Shown: positions 36,016 through 47,800 of the stretch, piece after piece
How positions within the stretch are numbered: the stretch's first letter is position 1
Layout of the letters: each line of letters begins with the position of its first letter
Source of the DNA: Klebsormidium nitens
Lineage: Eukaryota; Plantae; Klebsormidiophyceae
Length of the DNA stretch: 58,696 nucleotides
Assembly: GCA_000708835.1 (NCBI GenBank)
Contig: DF237500.1
Span: forward strand, 1-58,696
Reading direction: 5' to 3'
The notes under the pieces: model-generated
What the model saw: only the letters and a program-made list of their open reading frames with translations
What the model was told of the DNA's origin: nothing
Database searches by the model: none
Program-made: the position numbers and the translations under genes

Positions 36016-38249
36016 CCCGCTGGAAACCCAGTTCTTAACGGGCTCGAAACCCAGCTCTTAACGGTTTCGTGACCATTCTGTTATCCATGTCAGAGTCTTA
36101 ACCCATATATCAACCTGCAGGCGCTGAATGTGATAGTCCCCGAGTACGAGTCCGGCGGCCGCATGTACCCCCACATCCACAAGCGCTTCGTGGCGTCGCT
36201 TTTCATCGCGCAGCTGACGTTGCTGGGTTACATGGGGATCATGAAGTTCACATACACGCCGGTTATGATCCCGTTACCCGTGCTAACCGTGGTGTTCCAC
36301 CTGTTCACCAAGAAGTGCCTCGAGACGCGATTCACGGCGACGCCCATCGAGGTCGCAATTCAGGTCAGCTGGTTCTCCGACGTCTTTGGGGGGTTGGGTA
36401 ACGGAGGAGTTGTTGAGATGCTGGGGCATCTGCAGGTTATTGCCGATGCAGGTCAGCGGCGGCAGCTCGGTCCAACTTGTTAGGGGGTTTGAGTTATGGA
36501 ACGGGTTTTCGGGATGCTGGAGGGTTTGCAGATCATTGCCGGTTCTGGCACGACGTTTTTGAGAATCATAGCTCCGGCTTGAATGTTCTGGGTTTTGAGG
36601 TTTTGGGAAGAGAAGCATCAAAGAGCCATTTCCTACGCGCTGTCCAGTCGTAATCCACGCTGAGGGGCGCTGAGGCCCAGTAGAGTAGCAGTCTAGATGG
36701 GCTCCCGCAAAGGCGCCACTGCAGAATTTCTAACACGTCCCGCTGAGCTTGGTCTCACCGCAGTGTCTTCAACCCACGTTTCGTTGGTTGTTTGGTAGCT
36801 CGAACGCATGAGAACACAGGGTCCGAAAATGTTCAGTAGAAGGGCAGCATCTCAATGATGACCTGGCTCTCTTTGCGAAAGCTGGGCGCCAATTCTTCAT
36901 TTGTTTCGACTTGGAAACGCGCTTCGACCTGAAGTGAGCTGTATTTTCGATTTCGCGAAACGTGTCAGATTGACATCAGGACTTCGCCTCTGAGCAGGAA
37001 GTGAGCGAGGAGCCCACTGTAAGCGAGGTCGCTGCCGCATACACGCCGGAGTGCATGGGTGGTATTGAGGACGTCGAGGCTTCGTTCTCAACAGCAGCAC
37101 CGGCTTCATCGAGGGAGTACGAGACGGTGTTGCTAAACGGCGGCAACGGGAAGGTCATTGCATAGGTGCATCAAGCATACGCGTTGGGGTACTGGAATCG
37201 GAGTTGTTAAAGAAGGGTACAGTATCAGACCAGGATCGGTAGCGCACGCTGTCCATCTAGATTATGGTAGTAGTTGTCGAGAAATGTAGGAGATAGCTTC
37301 TGTTGGGTTAGGTAATCAAAGCGAAGCTTCGCACTAGCAATGTAGTGTACTTTATCCTAGTGTGTCTGTAGTAGTGCCCGCAATCGTCCAAGTCGCCTTT
37401 TTGGTACGAGCTGACTTGGATCCATGTTGGTCAATCTGCTCACATACACTGTGGCTGAGATTGATGTCGCAACCTTACACTTGAAACATCTGATTGTCCC
37501 CGCTTCTTTTCTTTACTCGCTGTCTCTCTATAAAAGCGCAATCCCCATAGGGCCAATAGACAAGCCTCGACTATGAGGTTTGTCGGACATGCGGCTTGTC
37601 TCATACATGGGCAGGCGGTGCACCTGCCCGGGTATCCCGGACGGGGTACCATCGCGCGGCGACTGCCGCACTTTATTCTTGCAGACTTACCCATGACCGT
37701 GTGCGCAACAGTGCTCACGTTAGTCACATGAACGTTTTACCCCAAGAGGGCTCCGCGCATTATTTAGTACGTGACTGGGAACGCATCATGCAGCATCTGA
37801 AAGCATCGCTGAAGAAAATAAATTGCGACGCATGCAGAATAATCCAATGCTCCTTGTACATGCAACATGATGAAAGGCTTGACGAGTCCGTCATTCACTG
37901 ATGTCGAGCATCTATGTCAGCAAAACGTCGTGCCGCTCTGCCGGCAACAATCATCCAACAGGAATCAAAGAGAGAGCTGCTGATGGAGTTTGATCGAAGC
38001 TCAGTTTCAGTCAGCGCAGAGTCCACAGATTCCACGGTCAATCAGCGTCTGCTCCACAGACAGAAAAACCTGCGGTCACTCAGCATCCAGGGTTGCCAGC
38101 CGCACATAACGACTTTTTGAGTCGCAAACTCCGCATGCAAACGAATGAACACCACCGGGTATGTTGAGTCATCCGACCGTATCGTCCGCGCTGTGCCTTG
38201 GTGCTGGAATTGCGTACGTGGCCTTGATTTGTCACTAAGCCAAGGATTT

Positions 38250-41200
38250 CTAGAAGGCCTTGACTGTGCCGGGCCCCACACGCGCCATAACCGAGGTCTT
38301 TAGAAACGGTTTAGGCGTCGCCTCCGGCGAGACGCCCTCATGCCACGCTTCGCACACCATCAGCCCCGGGCCGAGCGGCCGCATGTACTCTTTCATCGCG
38401 TCGTTGAACGGGTGCGGCGGCGGGACTGCAAACAAGGGGATTTCGGCAATTAGATGTGGGAAGTTCTGAGGTTTTGAGTTCGATCATGTGCTTAAGGTCT
38501 AAAGTTTGAGGTAAACTTCTAGGCTGGAGTTGAAAGCATCAGTTGCGGCAGTAATCTCCAGTCGCGAAGTGGAAAAGCGGATCCACCCACGAGTCAGGGA
38601 CGAGGTACATCACAAAAAAGCGATGACCAAACTAAAAAGGGGGAAACTAAGCGGAAAGCGAAGCGCGCACCTGGCTTGTGGCAACCTGGGTCACGATCAG
38701 AAGAATATGCTGGTGGAATGAGGCGTATGCAGACGCCAGAACGATGTTCGCGCAAAACTATTCCTTCACCCAGGCGAAGCGAAAGCCAAGGCAAGCAGAC
38801 CCAAAACCCGCAACCCGCAAACCCCAAACCGCAAACCGCAAATAACAGAAAACAGAATCTGCAGACGGGAAATTTGCAAATCCGCACCTGGCTTGGGGTA
38901 CTCCGGCGGAATGTTCCCGTCTAGTTCGGACATGTCTGTGACGTACTCGATGACCATGTCGCACGGACGCTCCGTTGCGACGACCAGGTTCGTCTGCTTC
39001 ACCCGGAAGTAGAGCGGGAACGTCTCGTCGATGAAACGGCGCAGCCAGCCCTTACGATTTGGCACTGCGCAAGGAGCAAAGATTTGTAGGAGTTGGATAG
39101 CTTATGTGAAGCAGTCAGATAGCTTATCTGGGCCGAAGATGGTTATTTTGGGAGCGTGCAAAGCGGGAACGTCTCGTCGATAAAACGGCGCAGCCAGCCC
39201 TTGCGGTTGGGTACTGCGAAAATAGCCAAAAGGGGTCAGAAAACACTTTGAAAGCTCATAGCGACAGGGTTGCAGTGGTGAGGGCTTTTTTGGAAAGCGG
39301 CATTGATTCGTCGATGAAATGGCGCAGCCAGCTCTTACGGTTTGGCTCTGAGCAAAGAGCGCGAACGGGTCAGAAAAGGAACCATTTTGCCAGAAAAAGC
39401 TTCAACGACGATGGATAGCTTATAAGAGGCTACTGAGTACCTTATAGGAGGCGGAAAATAAGAGGGACGCGGTTGGCTCAAAGCGTGAAGGGAGAGCGAG
39501 TTGTTCTAGGGCTCCGCAGCCAGCTATGGCTGTAACCCGTTGCAGGTATTAAGGTATCAATTCAAAAGATGACGCGGACGGAAATGTGTTTGAACAAGCG
39601 GAAGACAGCGCACAGAAGTGTGCGCAAGAGAATCACCCGATTGGGGGTCTGCGCAGTCAGCCAGGCGTAGTGAAGAAAAACTACTTAAAAACGATCGGGG
39701 AACCTCCTTTCAGAAATGTTGAAGTCTTTATCCCGCACTCGTAGTTTTGAGTGCTCGACAGCACAAGCGAACAGAAATTACTCACACAGTACAGTCCTTC
39801 CGTACATGTTCGAGTCGGGGGCGACCCATATCACCTGCAGACGCGGAAGAGGTCGCCCGTTCTTGCATCCCAACACGGCTGGATGGGAAGCACAATTTGA
39901 AGACTGGAACCAGCCACGAAACATCAGCAGAAGAGAAGCTGAATCTACCGATACATGCGTATGACAACACGCGTTTCTTTCCAGACACCTGAGTTTCAAA
40001 CTGTTTCCAGGCAAACTGCAGAGGCCCATACGCGTCAACATTTGCTGACGCCATTGGGACGGCCGAAGAGCGACGCAGCCATCAGCAGCGTTCATCAGCG
40101 GAGCGGTGCATACAATCGCTCGAGTCACAATCGGTGTGTTAAGATCATAAGAACTGGTGCGACTTACCCGATGGAAGTCCCCGAAGAAGGGAGGAGCTGC
40201 AATTGAGAGACAAGGGAAGGATAGTGAATGCAGTAGGATGGACGGGTTCTGAATTCAAGAAAACCTAGGTGCGGCGCACCGAAATGCGTCCCAACAGCGC
40301 AGCAACCCAAACACGAGGAGAGACAAGGCCGATGGTTGTAAGGCGCGGCAAATAACGTTGCAGAGAAGCCCTTCCAGAGACGTTTACTCAGGAAACTTCA
40401 ACGAATTGTATCAGCAAACCCGACGATCAACTCAGAGCGGTTATTGGAACCCGGTCTGTGCGCACCTTCGTGGACCTTACAAACCCGACGCTCGTTTCAC
40501 AACCCTTTCCGCACACATGCCTCGTAAAAACGACCCCAATCCTACACCTACGCATTGCACTCTATTTGTGTCAAGCCCATGCGAACCCGTTTTTGCGCGC
40601 CTCTGCTGACCTTGAGATGGGCTCAGAGAACAAAGGGACGCCGATCGTACACTATAATACTGACTTAACCCTTCATTGCACTCCACCCTCCCTCAACCCG
40701 TTCCCAGCAAACCCCTTAACCTTCCTAGCCATCAACACCGACACGAAGGGGGACGCGTTTAACGCACCTCCGTCGACCTTGCCGATCCAGACTTGCGGCC
40801 GAAAAACCTTGGTGACTCCGCGCACGGGCAGTAACTTCGCCGCGTGCGTATACATTCTCGTCCCGATGTTGCTGTAGCGCTGCTCGCCGAGGCGCCAGAG
40901 CCATTCCATGTGCCTGTGGATCACGGTTAAGGTTAGGGGGTGTATTGAGAACTGGGTTGCAAAGATTTCGAGGTTCTGGAAAAGTGTTGCTAGAGTTTGC
41001 TGCTTCTGGAGTGTATGCACATGCGCGTCCCGAGATTTCTGTAGCGCTGCTCGCCCAAGCCCCAAAGCACAGCCATGTGTGCCTGTGAATTGGGGTCAGG
41101 ATTAGGCTGAGGGTTAGGCTTGAGGTTGAGGATTGGAATGAGAATCAGAATGAGAGCTGGAGTCGAATATGGTGAGAGTTTCGGTTGAGGTGTCAACAGG

Positions 41201-43939
41201 TTCGCAGTATTTGAAGCGGATTAATATGCCGCAAACCGATGTTGCTGGAGCACTGCACAGGCCCGCAGATTTGTCGACTACGCAATCTTGGACCGCACGA
41301 TTGCCAGTAGAGATCAATCGAAAGGTCCAAGCTCATGCAAAAGCAGGTTTCGATCTCGCGCGAACGTTGCAGGTTCACCCAAACAGCTGTATTGCTTCGC
41401 GTCAGCATCCAAATAAAGCGTCGGTGCCCTTGAGAAACGAAGAGATGCTCTTGCAGTCCACTCAACGCTATAGGACCCTCCACCAAGAAGGGGTCTGGCA
41501 AGAAACTATTTGGACTTTTCCGAAATATGAGTTTGGATCAATCAAGTCTAGGGATTGGAGATACTAGCACTTTTTGTTGTTATGCATACCGCCCCTGTAT
41601 TGAACGAGATTCATAGTTGGCATTCTTTATCTGTTGAGCGTCTGCGAGATTTATTAGACAAAGCAGTCAGTGTGAAGGACAGCTCACCTGTGGTCGATCC
41701 AGTCGAGGAACTTGATCCGCTCGTCCGCATTGATCTCCAGGAATTTCGTCCTGCATCGGGTCAAACTTCAGGCGTGAGGCATGAAACCTCCGAAGGTTCA
41801 TTAGGGAGAGCCGACAGCTAAACAGGAGCTACAGTTGCGCTGGAAGTCCCAGAAGGTTCATCAGAGAAGAGACGGCAGTGTAGGAAGGAGCCACAGTTGC
41901 AATAAGCAAACAAGCGTCCTCGATGCATCTGAAAAGGATTGCATTCGTTAAGGGAGATGTAGCGGAGTGTATATAGCCCCATGAGATTGAAACGTGGTCT
42001 GCTGAGTTTATGCAACTCGTCCTCTTGAAAGCCCTTCCAAAGGGTACAGTAGAAAAGGAGGTCCTGCTAGTAAAGTATGACGGTAGCCTCTCCCACAACC
42101 AGGGCAAACAGACGACTTATGCACCAGGACTGATGAAAATGACAAGAACGTCAGAGTCAAATGGCAGGCTTGTTTTTCATCAGAGTAGGACAGTGTATTT
42201 GAACCTAGGCGGAAGCACTCGTGATGTCGCCACTATGAAATGCCAATTGGCCAGCTGCAAAGTCGGCCCCCAATGGAAATTCACTAGGGCCTACAAGATC
42301 TAGACCGCTTGATACTATCGACCAGTACGAGTCCAGATTATGTGACCAACAGTCTGCTCAATCCAGGTAAAACTACCGATCCGTTGTCTTCGACCCCACT
42401 TTGTAGGTTGCTTCGAAGAGACATGTTTGCCATTCAACGGTCAACTTGAAGCCTGGTTTCGGCTTGACAAGCCAACCTGTGTTTAAAGGAGTGCTGGCAA
42501 GAATCGGGAGTCAAATCCGCCAAGAGTCAGGTAATGAAGAGCTCAGTTCCAAAAACTCAACGAGACAAACAGTACTGAAAGAAAGGGCCCGCGAAACGTC
42601 AAAACCGTGAACCTCACCAAAAGTACGTCCCGTAGTTTAGCACGCGCTCGTCCACTAGAGTCCTCAGCGGGAATGGCATCTCCACGCTGAACGCGTGCAT
42701 CAGCGCATACACCTCTTGGAACGGGTTTTCCAGCGGTTCGCCCACCTCGTCAAACGACTCCCGGAACGTGTCCGGGCCCTTATACTCCCCAACCGGAAGC
42801 TGCAGCCGTTCGGTCTCTTCGGCCGGCTCGTAGTCCTTGTACAGCTCCCGTCGCTTCCGCCTCTGTAACAGTTCGAGGTATTCGGCCACGGCCGCCTCTT
42901 TCGATTTCGGCCCTTCCGTTTCTTCCGTCTCCGCTTGCTCCTTCATGACGTCATACACGTCCCAGCTCCCCTGCTTGATCTTCCGCGGTTCCCGCCAGTC
43001 TTCTATGTTCCAAATATCCGCCGTACGGTCCGCTTGTATTTTCCCGTCCTCCCGCGGCAAGTCGAAGATGAGCGGGCCCCCCTCTTTCCCCGGATCCCGG
43101 ATCTTTAAATCTTGTTCGTCGAACCCCCGCGCCTCGAACCGCCACGCCTCCTCCATCTCCTCCGTCCAGTCATCCTCGTCCCCGAACACGCTGTCCACGA
43201 ACTTTTCCCGCCCGCTCGTGGTCGCCGCGCCGTTGCTCGTCTCGCGTTCCTTCTCGACGACCGCGTCCGCCTTCTTGTTCCGGCTGATGCGGAGCGCCTC
43301 CCGCGTGACGTTGAACTCCTTCCTCACCCAATTGACAAACCCCGTGTCATCGACCCTGGCCCCGTTCACACCACCGCCCCTAGCCCCGTTCACACCGCTC
43401 CGCCTGTTCACACCAGGGCCCCCATTCACACCACCGGTTCCACCACCGCCGCCGGCCCCATTTACACCACTGTTCGCATTCGCACCGCTGTCCCTGTTCA
43501 CACCACCACCACTGCTAGAGCTGCTGGCCCCATTCACACTGCCGGGCCCGTTCACATCGCCGCCTGCTGATGCTCCCGGTCCCATTGGACTGCCTGCTTC
43601 TGCAGACACCGTCCGCTTTCCAACGCGACCACTCCTCCCATCGCTTGCACCAACGCTGCTGATGCGAATGTTGCTGCCCTTTCTTAGTGCAAGGGCCCCC
43701 CCCGTCAAGAAGTCGGGTGCCTGGGAGACGAGGAGAGTGCTTCGGCCATGCCATGTGCTTGGACACCTCCTGGCAGCATTGCGTAAGGCGCTATGACTGA
43801 ATTGACCAATGGGATTAAGATGATGGCTAGAAAAACTTTGTGACGGAGCTCCTACCAGCTCGCACCGGCTGTGCAACATGGTGCACTGGTCTTGGATGCT
43901 GAAACGGTTGCTGAAACGGATAGCCGCTAAAGCCGTCAT
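38250..43939 (-). CDS. Uncharacterised multi-exon protein, probably plastid-targeted
   Basis: Long first exon 43939-42618: Ser/Arg-rich, acid-poor N-terminus, Gly/Asn repeats, acidic region, FPLRTLVDERVLNYGTYFW. Further exons supported by phase: 41750-41688, 40913-40721, 39064-38888 and 38425-38250 (…PPPHPFNDAMKEYMRPLGPGLMVCEAWHEG…). Internal exon set incomplete. Confidence 0.7.
39160..39350 (-). repeat. Two degenerate intronic copies of the acceptor plus 5' end of exon 39064-38888
   Basis: Plus-strand CGGGAACGTCTCGTCGATGAAACGGCGCAGCCAGCCCTTACGATTTGGCACTGCG (about 39014-39068) recurs near-perfectly at about 39164-39218 and more degenerately at about 39295-39350. Confidence 0.9.
43370..43560 (-). 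repeat. Coding low-complexity (G)GVN(G/R) repeat
   Basis: About 7 GVNG/GVNR-like units in GGDVNGPGSVNGA…GGVNRDSG…SGVNGAGG…GGVNGGPGVNRRSGVNGARGGGVNGAR. Confidence 0.8.
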
Positions 43940-44868
43940 TTTGAGCAGGCCAAAAAGTGCGCCCAATGATACTGTTCTCAAAAGACATTTAACAGCAAAC
44001 AGTGCATACCTGCCGCCCAATTGTGGGGCAAAGAACGCTCTAGAGATGCTTCCTGATTCAATGTCTAGGTTGCTACCATCAGAGAATGGCGACAGTTAAA
44101 AGCGCATGGGCGGAGTCCATGCAACGCACCAGTACTCCTCGCATACTTTGTCAGAGCTCTGTGCATCCTCACTCTGTGCTCAGCGTTAATTTGGCATCCG
44201 ATCTCTCTGGTAATGGTCAAACCCTAATCTTGATAAGTGCAAGAAACACTACTCGACCATTACCGTTTGCTGCATGGTGTTCCACGCAGGGACAGCATTC
44301 CTCTGACTGAGTCGATCTCGTCTCTTTGAACAGCGTTTCGTAGGTCGCGCTGGTGCACAGCTTGCAAGGGCGTCTCTAAAACTTAAAGTTGTTTCGCGCC
44401 TCATTCTTTCAGGAAAGCACGCTCCAGCTGCTCTTCCAAGGTGTCATGCCGGGACGTCAGGGTCAAGCAGCCAACGTACATTTAGGAAGGCGTCTGACAG
44501 CGTCCAGTTTGCAGGAATTGACCACTTCTTCCGACAGCGATTCACCGGCTGTTGTTGAGCTTTTCCTCCCGCAGAATCGGACTCTGTCACTTGGATTGGA
44601 GGGTTTGCATCGGAGCTCTGTTCCTGGGTCTGAGGAGCACCGTGAGTTGCGCCAGGTCGTTACCGAGCGTACTGTAATAGTTGGAACCACCCAGCACCAC
44701 ATTGGGGACCAGCAGTCACCTTTTGCAACTGCTTCACAACCGCATTCCTCGCCGCATCAATCGTCCTTACTCCCAGCTCAAAAGACTGAAACACCACCTC
44801 TTCCTAACACCCACTCCTGCCATAAGACCACTTCGCAGCCTAGCTTTCGAGCAACACCGTTATCGCCT

Positions 44869-47800
44869 ATGCTCGCCCTCCATCGCTGCCGGCTCTTTGA
44901 CTGGTCTCCTACGCCGGTAGTAGCCCTTACTCCGAGCCCTGATGGAGCATACGTGGCTGCGGCGAGAGAAAGCGGGGACATTGAGATTTGGAGGGCGGCA
45001 GCCGGGGCCCTTGGGTGGCAGTGCGAACTGGTACGCTCCCGATATATGCATTTGCTCAACATCTGAGGTTTTCTAAGTTGTTCTTTTGCAAGTTGCTACA
45101 TCTTTGTGCAGGGCATGGAAGGTGCACTTTGCTAACCTGGCGCTGATGTGGACAAGCCAGATTGCAATAAGTTTTAGATTTTCTCCCTTTCAACCTTGAG
45201 GATCTGTTCAAAAGTTCTCAACTTTGAGTTTCCTGTTTGAGGAAGTCGTGTTGCAGCTTGTGCATTTCAGATGTCAGCACGCATCACCTTTGAGTGTGCT
45301 TACACCACCGCAGTCTATCAGGGAACAAAATGCATTGATTGCTTCGCTCATGTGCAATCCTCTGAGGAGCGTTCAAAAGAAGGTTCCTTAATTCGGTCAA
45401 ATGGTGGTTTGTGCTGCAGACCATTCCAGGGGTGAATGGGGCCAGCATCACTTCGCTAGCGTGGTTGAGGGACAATGGTGGCCATACAAGGGGCCGCCTG
45501 TTCTCGGCGGGACTGCACGGGAGGATCACAGAATGGGACCTCAGCACATTGAAGCAAAAGGTGCGCTTTTGCATGTTGCTTGCGCTTTTCCCTGCGACCG
45601 CAATACTCCGAAGAAGAATGCGGGAGAAAGCAGGTCTTGGAAGAAAAACATTGGCTTCTGGATGCAGTTTTGGAACCAGGTATGTTGTGGTTCATGATCG
45701 ATTGCTTTTTCCAGCTGGCAGATAGATTTGCAGCCACCTACAATGCTGCTTGGATGCCAACCACACTGTAAGCTTGGTGCTGTGTTTCCTGCCACCAATC
45801 CTGGTGGAGTGGGTGGTTGGGCTTTTGGGCAGCTGCAGGTCAAGACTGGCTCCCAAAGTGGACACATGTGGTGTACACCACTGCACCACCCTTTCAATCC
45901 CGGCAGCTTTCTTAATGTCAAATTTAGAGAGCAAAACAGGTCGGAGATTGATATAGAACCTACCATCAACATTGACCATCTTCATCCTGTGCTTGCTTGA
46001 AGGCAGGAGACCTTGAGTGGTGCTTACAATACCTCCGCAAACGGTCAGGAGATTGTTGCAAGAGAAAGCAGCTATTGATCAGTGTCAATGTAAGAGTCCT
46101 TGAAGCAAAAGAGCTTTGCACTGTCAATACATGAATCTATCTGTGACTTCCTGACAGGCAACACTGGACTCATACGGAGGCCCTGTCTGGGCCCTTGCCG
46201 TCGAGCCGGCTGCCGACTCCCCAGCATCCCCCAACCAACCCCCCAAAAACAGGGCCTCCTTGAAGACCAAGCCTTGGGACGCTTCCGACGAGAGCGACAG
46301 TGAAAGTGAGGAGGAGGATGATGACGACCTCAGCGAAGGGGCCCCTGAGAGGCAGCCCCAGAGAGTGGCTGTGGCGTGTGACGATGGGAGCGCCAGGCTG
46401 TTTGCGGTGGATGATGTCAGCGGGGAGTTGCAATATGCGAAGGCAATGCCGCGGGTAGAAGGTGAGGGGGTGCGATTTACGAAGTGGGGGCTTTGTTCGC
46501 ATGTGCGCACGACAGAAAGGAGGCGGCGCTTTGGTGTGCTTTGTGCCTCACAAGTTGTGGGGTGTGCTTTGTGCTTCACAAGTTGTGGGATGTCTTTCAG
46601 AAAAGAAGGTATGTTGGACAGTTTGGGGACAAGGCGAGAAAAATTTAACCTGGGGAGAGGAGAGTTTCTGTTTGAAGACATCGGGCGTAGCTCTTCATCC
46701 TTTGTGCCGCTTCTTGTGTTATTGGCACCGGGAAGACAACGCAGCACATCCGTTTGCTCCGTCGGCTTCTGGTTCCGAGTTGGTTTCAACGGTCTGATAC
46801 CTGTCTTCTGACTTGCTACTTGGTGGTGATTGCAGCTCAAATCACAGGGAAGCATCCAATAAGAGATAGTCTTCGCGCTGCCTATCAAAAGTCAGCACGA
46901 AGACACACGGAGCTAAAGTTAGTCGTCCAAATTGCTGTTCCGACATTTCCCCTTGTTCCCTTCATTGCAGGCAGGATTTTGTCAGTTGCATGGGGGCAGC
47001 GCGCTGGACAGCTTTTTTCAGGGGGGTCTGATGGGTGTATTCGCGCTTGGGATGTGGCCACCTCACGCGAGCTGGTTCGAATAACGGCGGGAATTGGGGG
47101 CCAGAAGAAACAGGATGAGCTGTGTGTGTGGGCCCTTCTATCTCTGAGGTGAGCACGAACAAAGTTCACAAAAGCCAGTGGTCGAACTTTAGCAGAAGTA
47201 GGTTGTGATGAGTTGCATCTGCACTGATTGCATGCATGTGGTGAGATGACGAATGGTTTGAGTTGTAGAGGCGTGATGGATGTCAAGAGGGAAGGAATGT
47301 TGTTCTGGCACATCAAACCTAGCGAATGTGGGCGGAAAGGCGCATTTGAACCGTGTGTCTTAGGTTGCATCCCGCAATCGTGATGTCAGTAGAGTTATCA
47401 GTAGACTGTTGCATTCCTCTCGTGAAATGAGTATCTCTCTGTAACTCCGAGTCTGAAGGTGCTCTTGCAGTTGTTGATTTCGAAAATAGCAAGAGCACGT
47501 GACATAAGCTGACATAAGCTTTGAGTGCTCCGACTTTCTGAAGTTCGGTCGGAAGAAATGGATGGTGGAACAGATCGATGGTTTAGGAAAACACGAAGGG
47601 TCTGGGAAGAGCGACTTTTGATATATAGAAATCAGAAGAGAGAGACTCGCAAACCACAAGTCAATGAACACCAGGTTGAAACTGCCCTGCCAACCACCTC
47701 GCTTCCAAGCTCAAGTTACCAGACCTGGCAATAATTTTGAAAATCCTCTGATTTTTCTTTCAACCAGGGATGGAACCCTGGTCAGCGGAGACAGCAGCGG

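Larger units (their letters stand above)
27657..37165 (+). pseudogene. ERD4: ERD4/OSCA3-like channel paralogue (copy 2) with one premature stop in exon 1; may encode an N-terminally truncated protein
   Basis: 13 exons in the same phases as copy 1: 27657-27927, 28356-28415, 28758-28870, 29183-29455, 30109-30255, 30656-30802, 31501-31739, 32194-32341, 33004-33078, 33704-33966, 34677-34758, 36121-36363, 36998-37165. TAA at codon 56 (27822-27824). No other lesion seen. Confidence 0.8.
25776..38452 (+). repeat. Tandem segmental duplication, copy 2
   Basis: Begins inside a copy of the HECT last exon, contains OSCA gene 2, and extends into the last exon of the minus-strand uncharacterised gene. Boundaries approximate. 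Confidence 0.85.

Noticed and set aside
35340-36120. Regularly spaced repeats superficially like a CRISPR array or mutually exclusive exon cluster
   Set aside because: Eukaryotic context, highly degenerate units, no cas genes. The units lack downstream donors and several are frameshifted, so they are not complete alternative exons.
38250-39065. Possible allene oxide cyclase or other named plastid enzyme
   Set aside because: No diagnostic motif could be matched. The exons splice in phase into the larger uncharacterised gene.
41100-41160. TTAGG-containing simple repeats resembling an interstitial telomere
   Set aside because: Only scattered, imperfect units and no run of TTT(T)AGGG.
42837-43796. 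319-aa plus-strand ORF (also 43112-43570)
   Set aside because: Antisense shadow of the GC-rich, repetitive first exon of the minus-strand gene.
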